Source: the human T2T-CHM13v2.0 reference genome, Homo sapiens
Reading direction: 5' to 3' (one strand)
Assembly (NCBI RefSeq): GCF_009914755.1
Contig: NC_060928.1
DNA: 64,000 bases
In this document: positions 1 to 22,032 of the stretch, piece by piece
How the letters are laid out: each line of letters begins with the position of its first letter
Numbering within the stretch: position 1 is the first letter of the stretch
Translations under genes and position numbers: made by a program
Notes under the pieces: model-generated
What the model was told of the DNA's origin: nothing
Database searches by the model: none
Seen by the model: the letters and a program-made list of their open reading frames with translations, nothing else

Positions 1-725
1 AACCTCTGAAGCAGGGTTAATCATGGGAGGAGTCCTTTGCTATAATTAATTGTTATGGCATAACTTTCTTAAGGAAGCACCACACAGGGTCTAGGAAAAA
101 ATAATGTATGGTAATCAATGTTTAACAATGCAGACAGCCTGAAATCAGCAACATAAATTGTATCCTAAAAGAGCAATAATCAAAATAATACAATATGGCA
201 TCTTAATTGCACACTTATTAAACTTTATTTAAATAGAAATTCCCCTTCTGAGAAAAGCAATGAGACTTTTTCAGGGAATGAATGATTGAATGAAATGTAA
301 ATTCGATTTCACTCTTTAGTTCTGTCAATTTTTGCTTTAGGTATTTTAAAGTTGTTTTAATAGGTGTATTAAAATTTAGGATTACTATATCTTCTTGATG
401 AATTGGCCCTTTTATCATTATGAAATGTCCCTTTTTATCCAGCAACATTTTTTCTTTTGCAGTTTACACTGATACTAATCTAGTAATTGGCTTTCTTATG
501 CCTAGTGTTTGCATGGCATGTTTTTCCTTATCCTTTTATTTTCAACCTGTCTACACATGTATATTGATCAGTGTCTTATAAACAGCATTATAATTGGGTC
601 TTGCCTCCATCTTGTTATTTAACTTTTATTTATCCCATCTGTATTTTGTTCTGTTTCTCCTTTCTTGGTTATTTTGGGCAAATCACATATTTTTATTAAA
701 TATCCCATTTTTTCTCCTTCATTGA

Positions 726-4196
<3,471 letters not shown>

Positions 4197-4370
4197 AGAT
4201 ATTATAATATGCATCTTTAAGTCATCACAATCTATCTTTACATGCCATTATAATATTTCAGGGACAGCGTAAGTACTTTATAATAGTATAATTCCCCTTT
4301 CTCCTCTGTACTTTTGATGTCTTACATTTTACTTCTATCTATGCTATAAACCTTTTTCAAAAAAAAAAAT

Positions 4371-4990
<620 letters not shown>

Positions 4991-5841
4991 TGCTAATAGT
5001 CTTTTGAATAATTCAGAACTATATATAAACTACATACAGAACTATATAAAAATATATAAAATAAACTATGTAAAATAAAGATAAAATTTAAAAAATATTT
5101 ACCCTGATATTTACCCATTCTGGTGCTCTTTCTTCCTGAAGATCCAGGGTTTTATGTGGTATAATTTCTCTTCAGCCTGAAGAACCTCTTTTACCATTTC
5201 TAGTAGTGCAGGTCTACCAAGACACATTCCTTTGGATTTTATATATCTGAAAATGTATCTTTTGCATTAATTTTTGAAAGACAATTTTCTGGATACAGAG
5301 TTCTATATTCTACATTCTCTAAGTGTTTCAGCACTTGAAGGAAGTTATTCCATCATCTTCTGGCCTCCACTGTGCCTGGTAAAAAGTCAGCTTTAATTTG
5401 TATTGTTGTTCCTTTGTATACACATGATGTGTCTTTTGTCCTCAGATGGCTTTCAAGATTTTATCTTTGGTTTTCATTAGCTTGATTTTACATTGTCTAA
5501 TGTGTTGTGTTCTTTGCATTTAACCCATTTGGGATTTGGTGAGATTTTTGGATACGTAGATTGACATCTTTAATCAATTTTGGAAAATTCTCAGCCATCA
5601 TACCTTCCAATATTTCTTTTACCTTATTCTCTCTCTTCTGCTTGTGAGATGCCAAATATACATAAGTTAGTCCATCTGATATTGTTGCACAGATCTTGGA
5701 TTCTTTGGGGGGAGGGCTTCCACTTTTTTTTTCCTTTGTATCTCATTTTGGACACTTTCTATTGGCCTGTCTTCAGGTTCATGGATTCTTTCCTATGGTG
5801 AAATCTTATCTCCTGTGAAGCTGATCTAATGGGTTCTTTAG

Positions 5842-6000
5842 TTTTTGTTTGTTTTTTGAGATGGAGTCTCGCTCTGTAGCTCAGGCTGGACTGCAATGGT
5901 GTGATCTTGGCTCACTGCAACCCCTCCACCTCCCTGGTTCCAGCAATCTCCTGCCTCAGCCTCCCCAGTAGCTGGGATTACAGGTGTCCACCACCACAGC

Positions 6001-6031
<31 letters not shown>

Positions 6032-6161
6032 TTGTAGTTTTAGTAGAGATGGGGTTTCACCATGTTGGCCAGGCTGGTTTCGAACTCCTAACCTCAAGTG
6101 ATCTGCCTGCCTCAGCCTCCCAAAGTGTTAGGATTACAGGCATGAGCCACTGTGCCCGGCC
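5842..6161 (-). mobile_element. AluS with (TA)n in the middle linker
   Basis: Alu consensus; TA repeat at ~6001-6023. Confidence 0.92.
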
Positions 6162-7784
6162 TCTTTTTTGATGTAGTATTTTTCATCTCTTCCAATCTAT
6201 TTGATTCCCCTATGTAGTTTTCACTTCTCTATTGAAATTTATCAACTCTTAATACATATCATCTATTCATCTGAGACATATTAGCATTTTAATCATAATT
6301 TTTAAAAGTCTCTTCTGAAAGTCCCAATACCTGGGCCAGATATCTCCTTTGTTGATTTCCATTGGCTACTTACTCTCTTGGTCACAGTCACATGTTCTTG
6401 CTTCTTCTTAGGTCTCATAACTTAGAAAAATTATTATATGCTAGATATTTTGCATAAAAGAATGGTAGAGACTGAAGTCAATATTTATTTCCTAAAAAGG
6501 ACACACCACTTCTTATGTCAAGCCACTAGATTTGGAAGCAAAGTCAATCTGACCCGTAACTGGGCTGGGTCTGGACTTCATTGCAACTCTAGTTTTGATT
6601 CAGTTCACTACTGGTTTGAAATGTTTTGTGAATGGGATCAGAATTTTCCCTTCTGTGGGGTCCGGAGTCTAAGAACTGCACAATTTCAGGATTTCTTGGA
6701 GTTTTATAGCTTAGCTGTCAGCTTTTCAGACGATAGGAGACCCATGTGTTTCAGACCAGCTGCCAGCTTTTCGGGTTCACTTTGCCCTCTAGTCCCATCC
6801 CATTCCAGCTTTCTGCACCTTGATTTTTTTCCCTTCCAAAAGGCCTGGAGGAGTTTCTCCTGGTTTTTCTGCCTTATTCCAGCTCTTTGCAGCTGAAGGT
6901 CTGAAATACCTTAGTTGATTTCTTCTCTCAGCTCTCCTACCCTGCCCCCAGCTTTGATGTCTGTCCCTAGACACTCTGGAAAGACTTGTGGGCAAGTTGA
7001 TAAATGGATGTGCTCTGGAGCTGGGGCTCTTTAGAATTCTAATCTGTCACACCAACCCACATGTTAATTAAAAGTTCAGCTGGTTTCTTCTTCCCTCATC
7101 TATGGAAGATTCCTCCTCATCCTCTCCTTCCCTAGGCATGAGAAAATCCATGGTTTTTTCTTTTCTATGAAAAGCTCATCGCTTTCTGGAGTTCTGTTCA
7201 CTTAGCTATATCACCAGCTCTCTGAGAAGTTCAGAAAACTGATTTTGTAGTTCATTTTGGTTTGATTGTTAGAGTTACAACGAATGTCTCATGGTTTTTT
7301 CCAGCTTAACTAGAAATTAATCCTTCTTCTCATGAATTACCAATTAAAAAAAAAAAACCCAAATCCATGTTTCAGAACATCTAATCTAGTATAGGATAGG
7401 GTGTGCATACAGAGAAAGATGTAGGGGAACTCTTGTTGCCTTGCAAGGGCAAGTGGCCTGCAAACTTGGCTCCTCTACCATGTGGCAGTGTGACCCAGGA
7501 CCCCAAACTATAAGGTCACGAAGGGACTTTTCTGCACCCATTCATGGCATTCCAACAGAGCTCCCTTCCAAAGTTGTTCTTGGCCTTCCAGGCAGAAGAC
7601 TTCTCAAATGGCCTCTGAAAGTCAGTCTAGAGTACCTAGAGGGCACATATTCTCTGCAACACAAATCTGCTGACTCAGACGCCTAGCAAAACTCTTTAAT
7701 GAAGCAGACAGAAAGTGGGATTTGATTTCATTTTTAATGAAGACATACCCAAATACTGACAAAACAAATAGTTGCACCTGTGCT

Positions 7785-9850
7785 ATACGGTAAGGACAGC
7801 CTAAGTTATGCTCAAAGGCTTACACAAAACCAGGGTTTATTTCTTATTCATGCAACATGTCCATTACAGGTCCACTGCAGCTCTGTTCCATGTCATTGCT
7901 TTCTGTGATTCGGGATTGTGGCCCAGACTACATCTGGGTCACTGGTGGTTGTCATGGCAGAAGAAGAAGATAAAATGGGAACCATGTGTTGGCTCTTAAG
8001 TTTTCTATCCAGCAGTGATACACGTCATTTCCATTCACATCACTGGCTGAAGCAAGCCACGTGGCTAACCCTGAGTCAGTGGGATGAGGAAGTATACTCT
8101 TCATTTAGGGAGGGGTAATAAATATTTTTTAATAATAATACAGTCTGCTTGTGACCTTTTTGATTACAAATATTTGCTTTTCTCCCCCTTGTACACACAG
8201 AATATATTTATCCCCTCACCATGGGTGACAATCCAAAATTTCATCTTATCAGGGCAGCAGGCTGGAAGTCCAGGATTTTGTGATCATCCTTATATCAGGA
8301 CATGATGTGGCCCCTTTGATCTGGAGACTAATGAACTAAGAAGGCAAGTCTGTCACCCCATAAATGTGCTATGCAATGGTGGGACAGGGACAGGACAGCC
8401 ACAATAAACACTCCATTTGGAAAGGGGAAGAATGTGAGACACACAGCAGTCACCGGCCCATGGCAGCTCTGAATCCTGACTGGGTAGGTGTTGAGGGAGG
8501 TCTTCTCTAGGCTTGGGCAAAGGTCCTGGATTAGGCCCTTAATCTGCTCCCTTGGGAGTATCTTCCTAGTCCATTGTTCTCCATGGCCTTTTGCTCCACT
8601 TTCTGGGACTTCCTTTTCCATTACCTTTCTTGGTTACATGTAAGAGAGCAGTGAAGAATTTGCTTTCCTTGGGGAATGAGCGTATTTCCCAGGCTGTTTC
8701 CTGCCTATAGAAGACCTGGAGCCCAAGGGTTGCTTTAAGTTTCAGGTAATCAGTCCCTTTGAGCCCAGATGGGTGGTTCTTTGGGCAGTACAACTCTTAC
8801 AAATGTGAACAGCTTCTTACCTATTTGACTTTAGTCAGCTCTATCTATGCACCAACAGACACACCCACAGTTAATTTGGAGAGATGTATCCTTTGTCTAG
8901 ACTTCACTGCAGGTACCTTGAGTTTATCAGGAGCATAGGGGAGAGCCACAAACTTTTACCCTTTTTTACTCTCTTTTTGCCAGAGCTATGTTGCCCAACT
9001 GTAAGGATTTTGGGGTGTCAGCCTAATTCTTTCTGGTGTGTTGGCAGTAGGTATTGAGGCCACATCTTTGATTTCTGTGTTTTAATTGGCCTTTGTTGCT
9101 CACAGGCCTTTTCAGATTTTTCTTTTACTGGCTGGACATGAGAATCATCGATATATTTAAATGTGCAAGACTCCAACTTTCAGGAATCTCATTCTTCACT
9201 TTCATTCCTACTTGTACATAGGCCAATTCTTTTCTGAGTTTGTCTCTTACTTATAATACCTTGTCACATGTAGACATAGCTCAAAGCACGTTCTAGCATT
9301 CTGTTGGCCCATCTCTGCCTAAAGCCGCAAGCTCATTAGGGATATTATTTGCCTTACAAGTTATCACAGGTGACAGTTTTACCAAATGTTATACCATTTA
9401 CCAAGTGCCATCCTTCATCCTCCAGTAAGCATCTCCTCACTGCCTGCCCTGGCCCTGAAGCCAGTGCCACACATTTCAGGATTTTTTAATAGCATCTTAC
9501 AGTGCAGTTCCTGCAGATGCCACGATAGGCCAGGTTATGCTACCATGAGAAGTCACTCCCAACCCTCACTGCCTTACAGCAAGAATGGTTTATTTCTCAT
9601 CCTCACTACCTTCCATCACAGGTTGGTCCACCATTTACAATGCAAGATGATGGAGCAACCTCTATCAAAAATTTTACCAGCAGTTGTAATAGAGGGAAAG
9701 AGATGAAGAGGAACCACGTGCAGACTCTTAAAGTCTTGCTTAGGAGTGACATGTCACTTTTACTCATGTTCCATTGGCAAGTCACATGGCCAAGTCTGAC
9801 CCCTACCAGGTACGGAAGCACCATCTTCCCTGGACAGGGAGCCACAGACA
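7785..9850 (-). mobile_element. Ancient MaLR element (MLT1J-like), LTR-internal-LTR
   Basis: Two similar diverged LTRs in the same orientation (~7785-8140 and ~9520-9850; shared ggtttatttct, ctcttaa and aagycacrtggc motifs) around ~1.4 kb of MLT-int-like sequence. Confidence 0.65.
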
Positions 9851-10384
9851 GCAATACTGTCTTCCACACTTGCCTGTACTTTTTCTGTATATTCCTTGGA
9901 ATTTTCTATATTGACAATCATGTCATTGGCAAGTAGAGACAGTCTCAGAGAAGCACTCCAAAACCATCTTAAGCAGAAGAAAAAATGAACATATTCTGCA
10001 GTTAAAAGTTCTTCTAAGTTTCAGTCTGAAAATGCTGAGTTGAATGCACAGCTGATAAGAATTGTTTTGTATTTGCATTTTATAAAACTTTTAGGAATTC
10101 ACCTAATGAGCCAAAGACGTGATGGTTCCTTGAAGAAGGCGCCTTAATGGCATGTCTTGGACCCCGAAGTGCATAATGGCTGTGTCTTTTGCTTGTGTGT
10201 GTGTGCATGTGTGTGCACACGTGTGTGTGTGTGAAGCTGCTGGAGCTGCAGTAATCAGCTCTGAGGTCCTGTCTGATGTGCATTCCCTGGGCAAATCCCA
10301 GCTCTGTGGGTCTCAGCACCAGTCTCTCAAATTGTGGCTTTATAGTTGATTTCTTTGATTTCTTCCTAACTCCATTTATATAAG

Positions 10385-10837
10385 CTTAAAGGTTTTTCAA
10401 GGAAATTGTTATTCTTTGAAAACGTTACTAAGTATTTCAGAATATAACATCAAATTGCCTTTTTGCTTTTTGTGTTTCAAACAATAAGGCATTTACATGA
10501 AATAAACATTTTTAAGAGTGTATTTGATCTTGCTGCTTTTTTACCACATGCTATTCTAGTCCTCTGCTTGGAACATAAAAATTATTTCCACAGCAACTAA
10601 TTATAGTATAAGTCACGAATGTTGGATTACTATTGCTGATGGGGAATTAGAAGTAACCACCATGCAAATACTAAAAGCTTCTTATTTTTGAAGTTCTCCC
10701 AAGAACTAATACAAGCTAATAAAATGCAGGGAAGACATATGCTATATTCAATGTAGATATGAACTTTTCAAGTTGGCTTTATGAGTGCTCAGCTTGACAC
10801 AAATCTGAAGAGAATTATTTCCTAATACATTACAACT

Positions 10838-10840
<3 letters not shown>
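10385..10840 (+). pseudogene. Candidate pseudo-exon (LKGFSRKLLFFENVTKYFRI*HQIAF...), 3' side abuts an old L1
   Basis: Pyrimidine tract with CTAAC, then ataag acceptor; about 70 codons with one stop in AT-rich DNA, then an overlapping ~43-codon open frame (SSAWNIKIISTATNYSISHECWITIADGELEV). Confidence 0.4.
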
Positions 10841-12780
<1,940 letters not shown>

Positions 12781-13269
12781 TTTACCCATATCCTTTTCCC
12801 AGTACTTTGACAAAAATGCTTTGCTGTAATACTTGGTTAGCAACAGCCAGAGCAGCTTTGGGCCCACTGAAGAAAGTAACATGCTCGTGATCTAATCACC
12901 AACACTTGCCTTGAATCGCAGAGATCCTCTCACACGTTCTAAGGTAGGAAATCCAGGACACCTATTCCATCCAAGCACTAAGGTGGCAACAAAGCTCAAA
13001 CCAAGAGGCAAAATAGTCTTCCTGCCTGAACTAAAACCATCTTCTAAGACTTCCCATACCTCTGGAGAGAGAGCAGGGGTGTTATTAAATTTATTACATA
13101 CTTTAAAAATTCTATATTGTCTTATATCTTAACTGGAAGGAAAGCGAAAGTGAGAAAAAAGGACACCTTCTGGGAGGAGGGACACAGAGAAAGGGAGGCA
13201 AGTAAAACACCCCAGGGTGCACCTGTGTTCAGAGGTAGAGGAGGGGCAGGGACAGAGAGTAAATGATGA

Positions 13270-15435
<2,166 letters not shown>

Positions 15436-15649
15436 GATGGTGAGAGCTTAGGAGAAGGATGTTTTCCCAGGAGCGGGGGCACAGAGACCAGGAGAAAGCA
15501 CCGGGACAGGCAGGGCCCAGGGATGCTGCACACCCACAAAGACCCTGTGGAGGCTTTGACTTGTCCCTTGCTGGGGGTGGGGTCCTCGTTGCTGTTGCTG
15601 GCCCTGGACCTCGGAGCCAGGCACATCCTGGAGGCGATCATTGTCTTAG

Positions 15650-16384
15650 ATGTGAGGAGCTCCAGGCTTCAAATACAAATAAACGCCTATGTAGGTAAAA
15701 TGAAAGTTTGTTTTAAGAAGCAAGAAAGAGCTGGCAGTGAGAAAGTAAAGGGAGTAAGTATAGATTTCTTTTGTACCTAAGCAATAAATGAGGTCTTCAA
15801 CCAGGTTGAAGATAGGATTTCTTTCTAGGGTTATATTTAGGGCAATCCTAAAGCAGGTTTTTTGTCCCCCAGTAGAGGGGAACGAGGAAATCAACAAAGG
15901 ATATGTTAACAATGCTAGAGTAAAAATGGAAAATAAAAGGAACATGGATGAAGGCTGCCATGTAAGGCTGGGCTGGTTGTGCACTGCACAGCTGTAGGAG
16001 GAGCCAGGCACACAGGTCTAGACATGTGGCGACTCCTGGAGATGTGCACTGCAGTTCTTATCCTGGCAACAGAGAAGCTCCCTCCTTTGAGACAGGAGCC
16101 ATTGGAGAGGGGGAGGAGGGTATACGGAGACAGTGAGGTGGGGTGGAAGGGAGTTCAGGAGCCCCTGTCTTAGGCCTTCTACTTTGTCACTTAAGTAAGA
16201 GCGGGGGTTCTTTTTGGAGATTAAGAGAGAATAGTAGTTATTTGTGGAAGATCAAAAAAGTCTGGAGCAACAAGAGAAGACAGGAAGTCAAGAATATTAA
16301 GGGCTTCTCTCAGTCCACATGGCCTGAATTTCTAGTGGACTCAGCTGCCACCACCTTGCAACTTCCGCCAGCACCTGGGGTGGG
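15650..16384 (+). pseudogene. Candidate pseudo-exon ending ...FSQSTWPEFLVDSAATTLQLPPAPGV-G
   Basis: Non-repeat segment tiled by plus-strand ORFs (15412, 15788, 15979, 16143); gtcttag acceptor; GG|gtaaga donor in phase 2. Confidence 0.45.
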
Positions 16385-17041
16385 GTAAGAGGTGAGCAAG
16401 TAAATAATGGGGATCACTCAGGGCTGGAAACCAGAGAGCAGGGAGAAGTCAGAGGAACACAGCTTCCTAAGGGGGCAGCTGATGGGCTGAGCGGAGATAA
16501 CAATGGGTCTATGTGTGTCCCGGGATCCATCCTGCGACCTTTCCTGAGTGCCCAGGAGGAGCTGGAGCTGACTGGGTCTCAGTGCTTTTGGAGCTCAGTG
16601 GGGTGCAGGCAAGACTGGCTAAGTGACAGACCTGGACAGAGATGCCAGGAGGAAGGCCACTGGCAGAGCTGTGAGTGAGGCCAGCGAGGACCCAGTGCAG
16701 ATATGGGCATTGAGAGGTGGAGAGCTTGGAGTCCTAGAGTGGGCCCCGATTGGGGTGGAGGCCACTCATGTGAAAGGACAGGGTCACAGAGGGTAAGGTG
16801 CAGGGTCTAAGGAGGAGGACAGAGGACAGGAGAGAACGACAAGAGGATGCCCTGCATACTGGGTGGGAGGCAGGACTCCAGTGCCCAAAAGCTGGCCTTG
16901 GCTCCTGGTGCCCTGGACCCCACCATGTGCTGTGCTCGTCACATCGACCCGGTACAGTGCCTCTTCCTGTGCTGGGCAAACACTTCATTATTCTTTGCTT
17001 TTGTCACTTTCCCTGCTGTCACCATAAACACAATTTCACAG

Positions 17042-17057
17042 CTACTCCAAAGTCCAG
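17042..17057 (+). pseudogene. Candidate 16-nt microexon (G-YSKVQ)
   Basis: Long pyrimidine tract, ttcacag acceptor, perfect CAG|gtgagt donor; phase matches the upstream donor at 16384. Confidence 0.55.
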
Positions 17058-17345
17058 GTGAGTGTAGAGTAACATTCTCAATCCTCTGCTCCCCGTATAT
17101 AAAATATTTCTTCCTGAATTTTGTCATTCAAGTAAGAGTCCTGTGGTGGTAGCCTTTTTGGAGAGATTTTCTGATTCAAACGCAAGTTTGCGTTCTATAC
17201 TATTCATTCATTTATTTGACAAATCCTTTGTGAGTCCCCACCCTTTGTGGAGCACAGTAGGGACGAGGGTGGATGAGGTCTCGGCCCCTGGGCGCTGTCG
17301 CTGCAGCAGGATGGACAGTAGAGCAATACATGGGAATGTGCATCG

Positions 17346-17446
17346 GACCAGAGAGGAGCAGAGACCAGAGAGGAGCGGAGACCAGAGAGAAGCGGAGACC
17401 AGAGAGGAGTGGAGACCAGAGAGGAGTGGAGACCAGAGAGGAGCGG
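17346..17446 (+). repeat. Minisatellite, ~6 copies of 17-bp GACCAGAGAGGAGYGGA
   Basis: Units start at 17346, 17363, 17380, 17397, 17414 and 17431. Confidence 0.95.
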
Positions 17447-17926
17447 CGCCGTGCCCAGCATCAGGGGAGGGTGGTCAGGGGAGGGCCCTGAGGAGACGCC
17501 GGGAGGGCCCACTTGGATGAGGTAGGGGAGGGAGACACACGGACATTCGGGGAAAGAGCTTCCTGAGCCCCAGGACAGGAAAGGCCAGAGTGAGGCGGGT
17601 AACTGGTGAGCTCAGGCCTAGCCAGGGCAGCTGAAGAGGGAGCACCAGGAGAGTGGGTGGCAACCAGGCCAGAGAGCAGCCAGAGCCCTCGCAGGTCCCC
17701 CGCCTTCAGCAAAGACAGAGGCGGAGACAGCGCATGGGGAGGGGAGTGCAGGGGGCCGGCCTAGTGAGGGGCTGAAGGACAGACCCCTCACCCGCTTAGG
17801 ACTCTGCTCCTCTGACTTCTCCGATCCCCATGATCTGCTTCCTCATCTCCCACCCCCAGGTGCTGGGCAGCCTTTCTGTGTGACATCGTGAGGGTGAACA
17901 GGTGGCAGGAGATGAGCTGGGACGGA

Positions 17927-17978
17927 GGGTAGGGAGGGGTGAGGGGGCCATAGGGAGGGGTGAGGGGGCCGTAGGGGG
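17927..17978 (+). repeat. G-rich 21-bp repeat (TAGGGAGGGGTGAGGGGGCCR, ~2.3 copies), G-quadruplex motif
   Basis: Eight runs of 3 or more G with short loops. Confidence 0.8.
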
Positions 17979-18204
17979 AGCAGAAGAGGCCCAAGGTGAT
18001 GGGGAGGTGGCACCTGCAGCTGATGAGGGAGGGGACAGTGACTCAGACACACGGACCTTCCAACAGCCAGCACACACTTCCCCCTCCCCTTCCTCAAAGG
18101 GGCACTGATGCACCCGGCCCGGTGAACACCTGTGATGTATAAGCCAAACACAATAATCCACTCCTCCTTTTTTCTGGAGTATAATCTCTCCACCTCCCTT
18201 GCAG

Positions 18205-18475
18205 CTGGTGCAGCTGCATGACCTGCTCTAGAAAGTGGGTATAGCTGTTGTCTGCACCGGGCTCTCCAAGAGCACCTTGACTTTCCTGGGCAGAGGAGAG
18301 GGGTGAGAGAGAGCCTTGCACCCGTCTCTCCATCCTGCTTTGGAGACCGGAGCAGGTATTCCACCAGGAGGAAGAGAAGCCAACGTCCTGAGAATATGAT
18401 GAAAAAGGACGGGCCTGGGACGACACTGCCAAGCTGCCCAACAAAACCCGAGCCCATCTGCCTCTGGAATTCTCT
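18205..18475 (+). pseudogene. Candidate pseudo-exon
   Basis: cccttgcag acceptor and gtgagt donor; frame open for 84 codons from 18222. Confidence 0.45.
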
Positions 18476-18689
18476 GTGAGTGTAAGCCACTCAGGCAGGA
18501 TCTTTCACCCGCAGCTCAAGAAGCCCCTGGCCCACAGATGGGCTGGGGCGTGAGTACGCAGCAAGCACCTTGGCTCTCCTCGGAGGGCAGTGGCTCACAG
18601 CCAGCACCGCGGGCTCGCTCTTTCCGTGGTGCTCGCCTGCAGGGCGCGGGACTCGCTGGTTATTTTATCATTTCTATTACATTCTCTAG

Positions 18690-18742
18690 GAATGGACTTC
18701 TTTTTTTTAGTGGGGAAGAACCATCACTTCCTTCACAATTAG
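18690..18742 (+). pseudogene. Candidate pseudo-exon, 53 nt (NGLLFFSGEEPSLPSQL)
   Basis: tttctattacattctctag acceptor and TAG|gtaact donor; in phase with both neighbours. Confidence 0.5.
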
Positions 18743-18911
18743 GTAACTCATGGCATCCTAGTTATCTACTCTTCTTTTCAAAATGATTAGCTATTAGCCA
18801 CAAAAAATATAATTTCTGCCTTATGAAAGTAGCCTTGGAATAATTCCAGGCTTTTAAACTCATGTTGGCCTTCCTGCAGATCTGATAATATTGTGAGTTC
18901 ATATATCTTAC

Positions 18912-19026
18912 CACTGTGAAGTCAGAGTAGAAAATACATCATCTCTTTCAGATTCCTGGAATAACTTCAGAAGTTCCGGATCTCCAGATAAATGTGTAAG
19001 AATGCGCAATTCAATCTGTGAAAAGT
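18912..19026 (-). CDS. POLN: POLN coding exon, 115 nt, phase 1-2 ([39 protein letters not shown]); polymerase motif A
   Basis: cacag acceptor and gtaaga donor; [15 protein letters not shown] is the A-family motif A with the catalytic Asp. Confidence 0.97.
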
Positions 19027-19556
19027 CTGTGAGATACAGTTCTGCATTAATTTAGAGTTTGCCAGCAATGTTCCTCGTGTTTGCTGCGCACCCCGGCCAC
19101 CCTCAGACTCTCCTGACTCTGTAGCCTCAAGGTCCATGTCCCTGCCTCCCATCTCCCAGGGTCCTCTGACCTCAGTGTCAGGAGGTGAGAAATGAAATGG
19201 GGAGGATTGTGCAAGGTGAGGAGGCTCAGGAGTGAGTGAGAATGTGTGCGTGGAGGGGAGTTGTGATAAATAGGATGACCAGTTATCCTATTTATAGGCC
19301 CCATCAACAAAGTGACATTGAGTAAAGGCACGGAGGTGGCAAAGGAGGGCACCAAGATGGTCTCTGGGGAAGAGGAATGGCCTGGGCAAGGGCCTGGAGT
19401 GGAGCTGACTCTTAGCTGGGAGGAGTAGGGTCCGGCAAGGCCGCAGCGAGCAGGGCAGACAAAGCACGGGGGCAGGGGCCAAAGGTATCTGGGATTTAGA
19501 TACGGTGATGTGACGGGACACTGCAAGAAAAACTTGTTATTATGTACTGTGCCTTA

Positions 19557-19880
<324 letters not shown>

Positions 19881-19978
19881 TTATTTGAAAGAATGAATTC
19901 CATAAGTACCTTTGAATTGTTCAATTTCTAAACCTTTGAACCCTATGAAAATGCATAAAGCAAGCTACAGCAACGTAC

Positions 19979-20056
19979 CTGCTGCTAGAAAGGTGTGGCC
20001 TTTGGATGAAACAAACATGGCCCTCGGGGAGATCGTGAGAATCTTGTCTTCTTTAC
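19979..20056 (-). CDS. POLN: POLN coding exon, 78 nt, phase 1-1 ([27 protein letters not shown])
   Basis: ttcag acceptor and CAG|gtacgt donor; R..F...G..FL.AD leads into motif A. Confidence 0.96.
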
Positions 20057-20199
20057 CTGAATTGTTATTTCAAGAGCATTTAGTGAATTTGGTCATGAAC
20101 TGATGCATAGCTATTCCTCAATACAATATTATTTGAATATTATTCTGAAGTCCAGAGTTAAGATTTTAAATTTTTCCGAATATTTTTATTAATTTAATT

Positions 20200-20489
<290 letters not shown>

Positions 20490-20572
20490 TTATTAATGTA
20501 ATTTAAAAATAACATATTACTACTGAAAGTTAACTAGGTTTTCTGTTTTTTTTAATTTTCTGTTCTGTCTAG

Positions 20573-20667
20573 AATTCTTAATGAAGAAAAGAAAAAGTCA
20601 AACGTTGACAACCAAATGCATTCCAGTAAAAGCAATCTTGAAACTCTCTGAGCCTCACTGATTGAAG
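20573..20667 (+). pseudogene. Candidate pseudo-exon (E-FLMKKRKSQTLTTKCIPVKAILKLSEPH*LK)
   Basis: Very strong acceptor ttttctgttctgtctag; donor AAG|gtctat is weak. Confidence 0.45.
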
Positions 20668-20767
20668 GTCTATGTGGGAAGGGGCAGCAGGGGATGAAGC
20701 TGCTCAGGATCCCTCTCCTTGGACCCTATTTCAGGACAGTCACATGTATTTTAGAAAGGACTGCTCA

Positions 20768-21136
<369 letters not shown>

Positions 21137-21290
21137 GACTGCTCATTGGGCTTCATTGTTTTGCCAGGACCTTCCTGCACAGCAGGGCCCCCAGCACAGG
21201 GGCAGGAGCGCCACTGCCAAGGGTAGGACGTGTACAGGGCATGGGCAGCAGAACTCTCATTTGCTCAGATTTGAACTTTTTCTTTTTTAG

Positions 21291-21409
21291 AAATGTACCC
21301 ATCAGCATCACAGCAGAATAGCTTAAAAGAAAGAAGAGTGTTCATGTGCTTTTTAATGAGCTCTTAAACTCTTTTTAAGAGTGTTAGTGTGCTTTTATAA
21401 ACATTTCCA
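21291..21409 (+). pseudogene. Candidate pseudo-exon, frame and 3' end uncertain
   Basis: Strong acceptor tttttcttttttag; possible donors at 21381, 21383 or 21410. Confidence 0.35.
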
Positions 21410-21624
21410 GTAATGTTCAAACTTTAATAAGCACCAGTGCTATTATATGTTTGTTTTTTCTTTATTGGGAGGCTGGTGGGGGAGAGATGGCAGGAGGAAA
21501 GCTGCTTTCCTGATATAATTATCATCCATTTCCACTTGTAAACTGCTAACAGGGAGGTACCATATCACTTTAGCTGTTTTTCATTCTTTCAATGTATGTT
21601 TAAATCCTGGTCATGCAAATACAG

Positions 21625-21673
21625 AGAACTTCAGGAAGGTGAAGCAGTTAGTTATATAGAAAATCAATGACAA
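21625..21673 (+). pseudogene. Candidate pseudo-exon, 49 nt (NFRKVKQLVI*KIND)
   Basis: atacag acceptor and AA|gtaact donor; resembles the RGS helix-4 motif E.FKK.K. Confidence 0.45.
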
Positions 21674-21684
21674 GTAACTTTTTA

Positions 21685-21990
<306 letters not shown>

Positions 21991-22032
21991 GAGTTACCAG
22001 AGACTTTAGCAAGGTAGTAAGAAATGAGTTAC

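Noticed and set aside
17346-17446. 17-bp direct repeats as a CRISPR-like array
   Set aside because: Units abut with no spacers and there are no cas genes; this is a eukaryotic minisatellite.
17843-18490. 215-aa minus-strand ORF as an extra POLN exon
   Set aside because: No polymerase similarity. The next expected POLN peptide after TSQW was not found in the window, and the GC-rich repeat explains the open frame.
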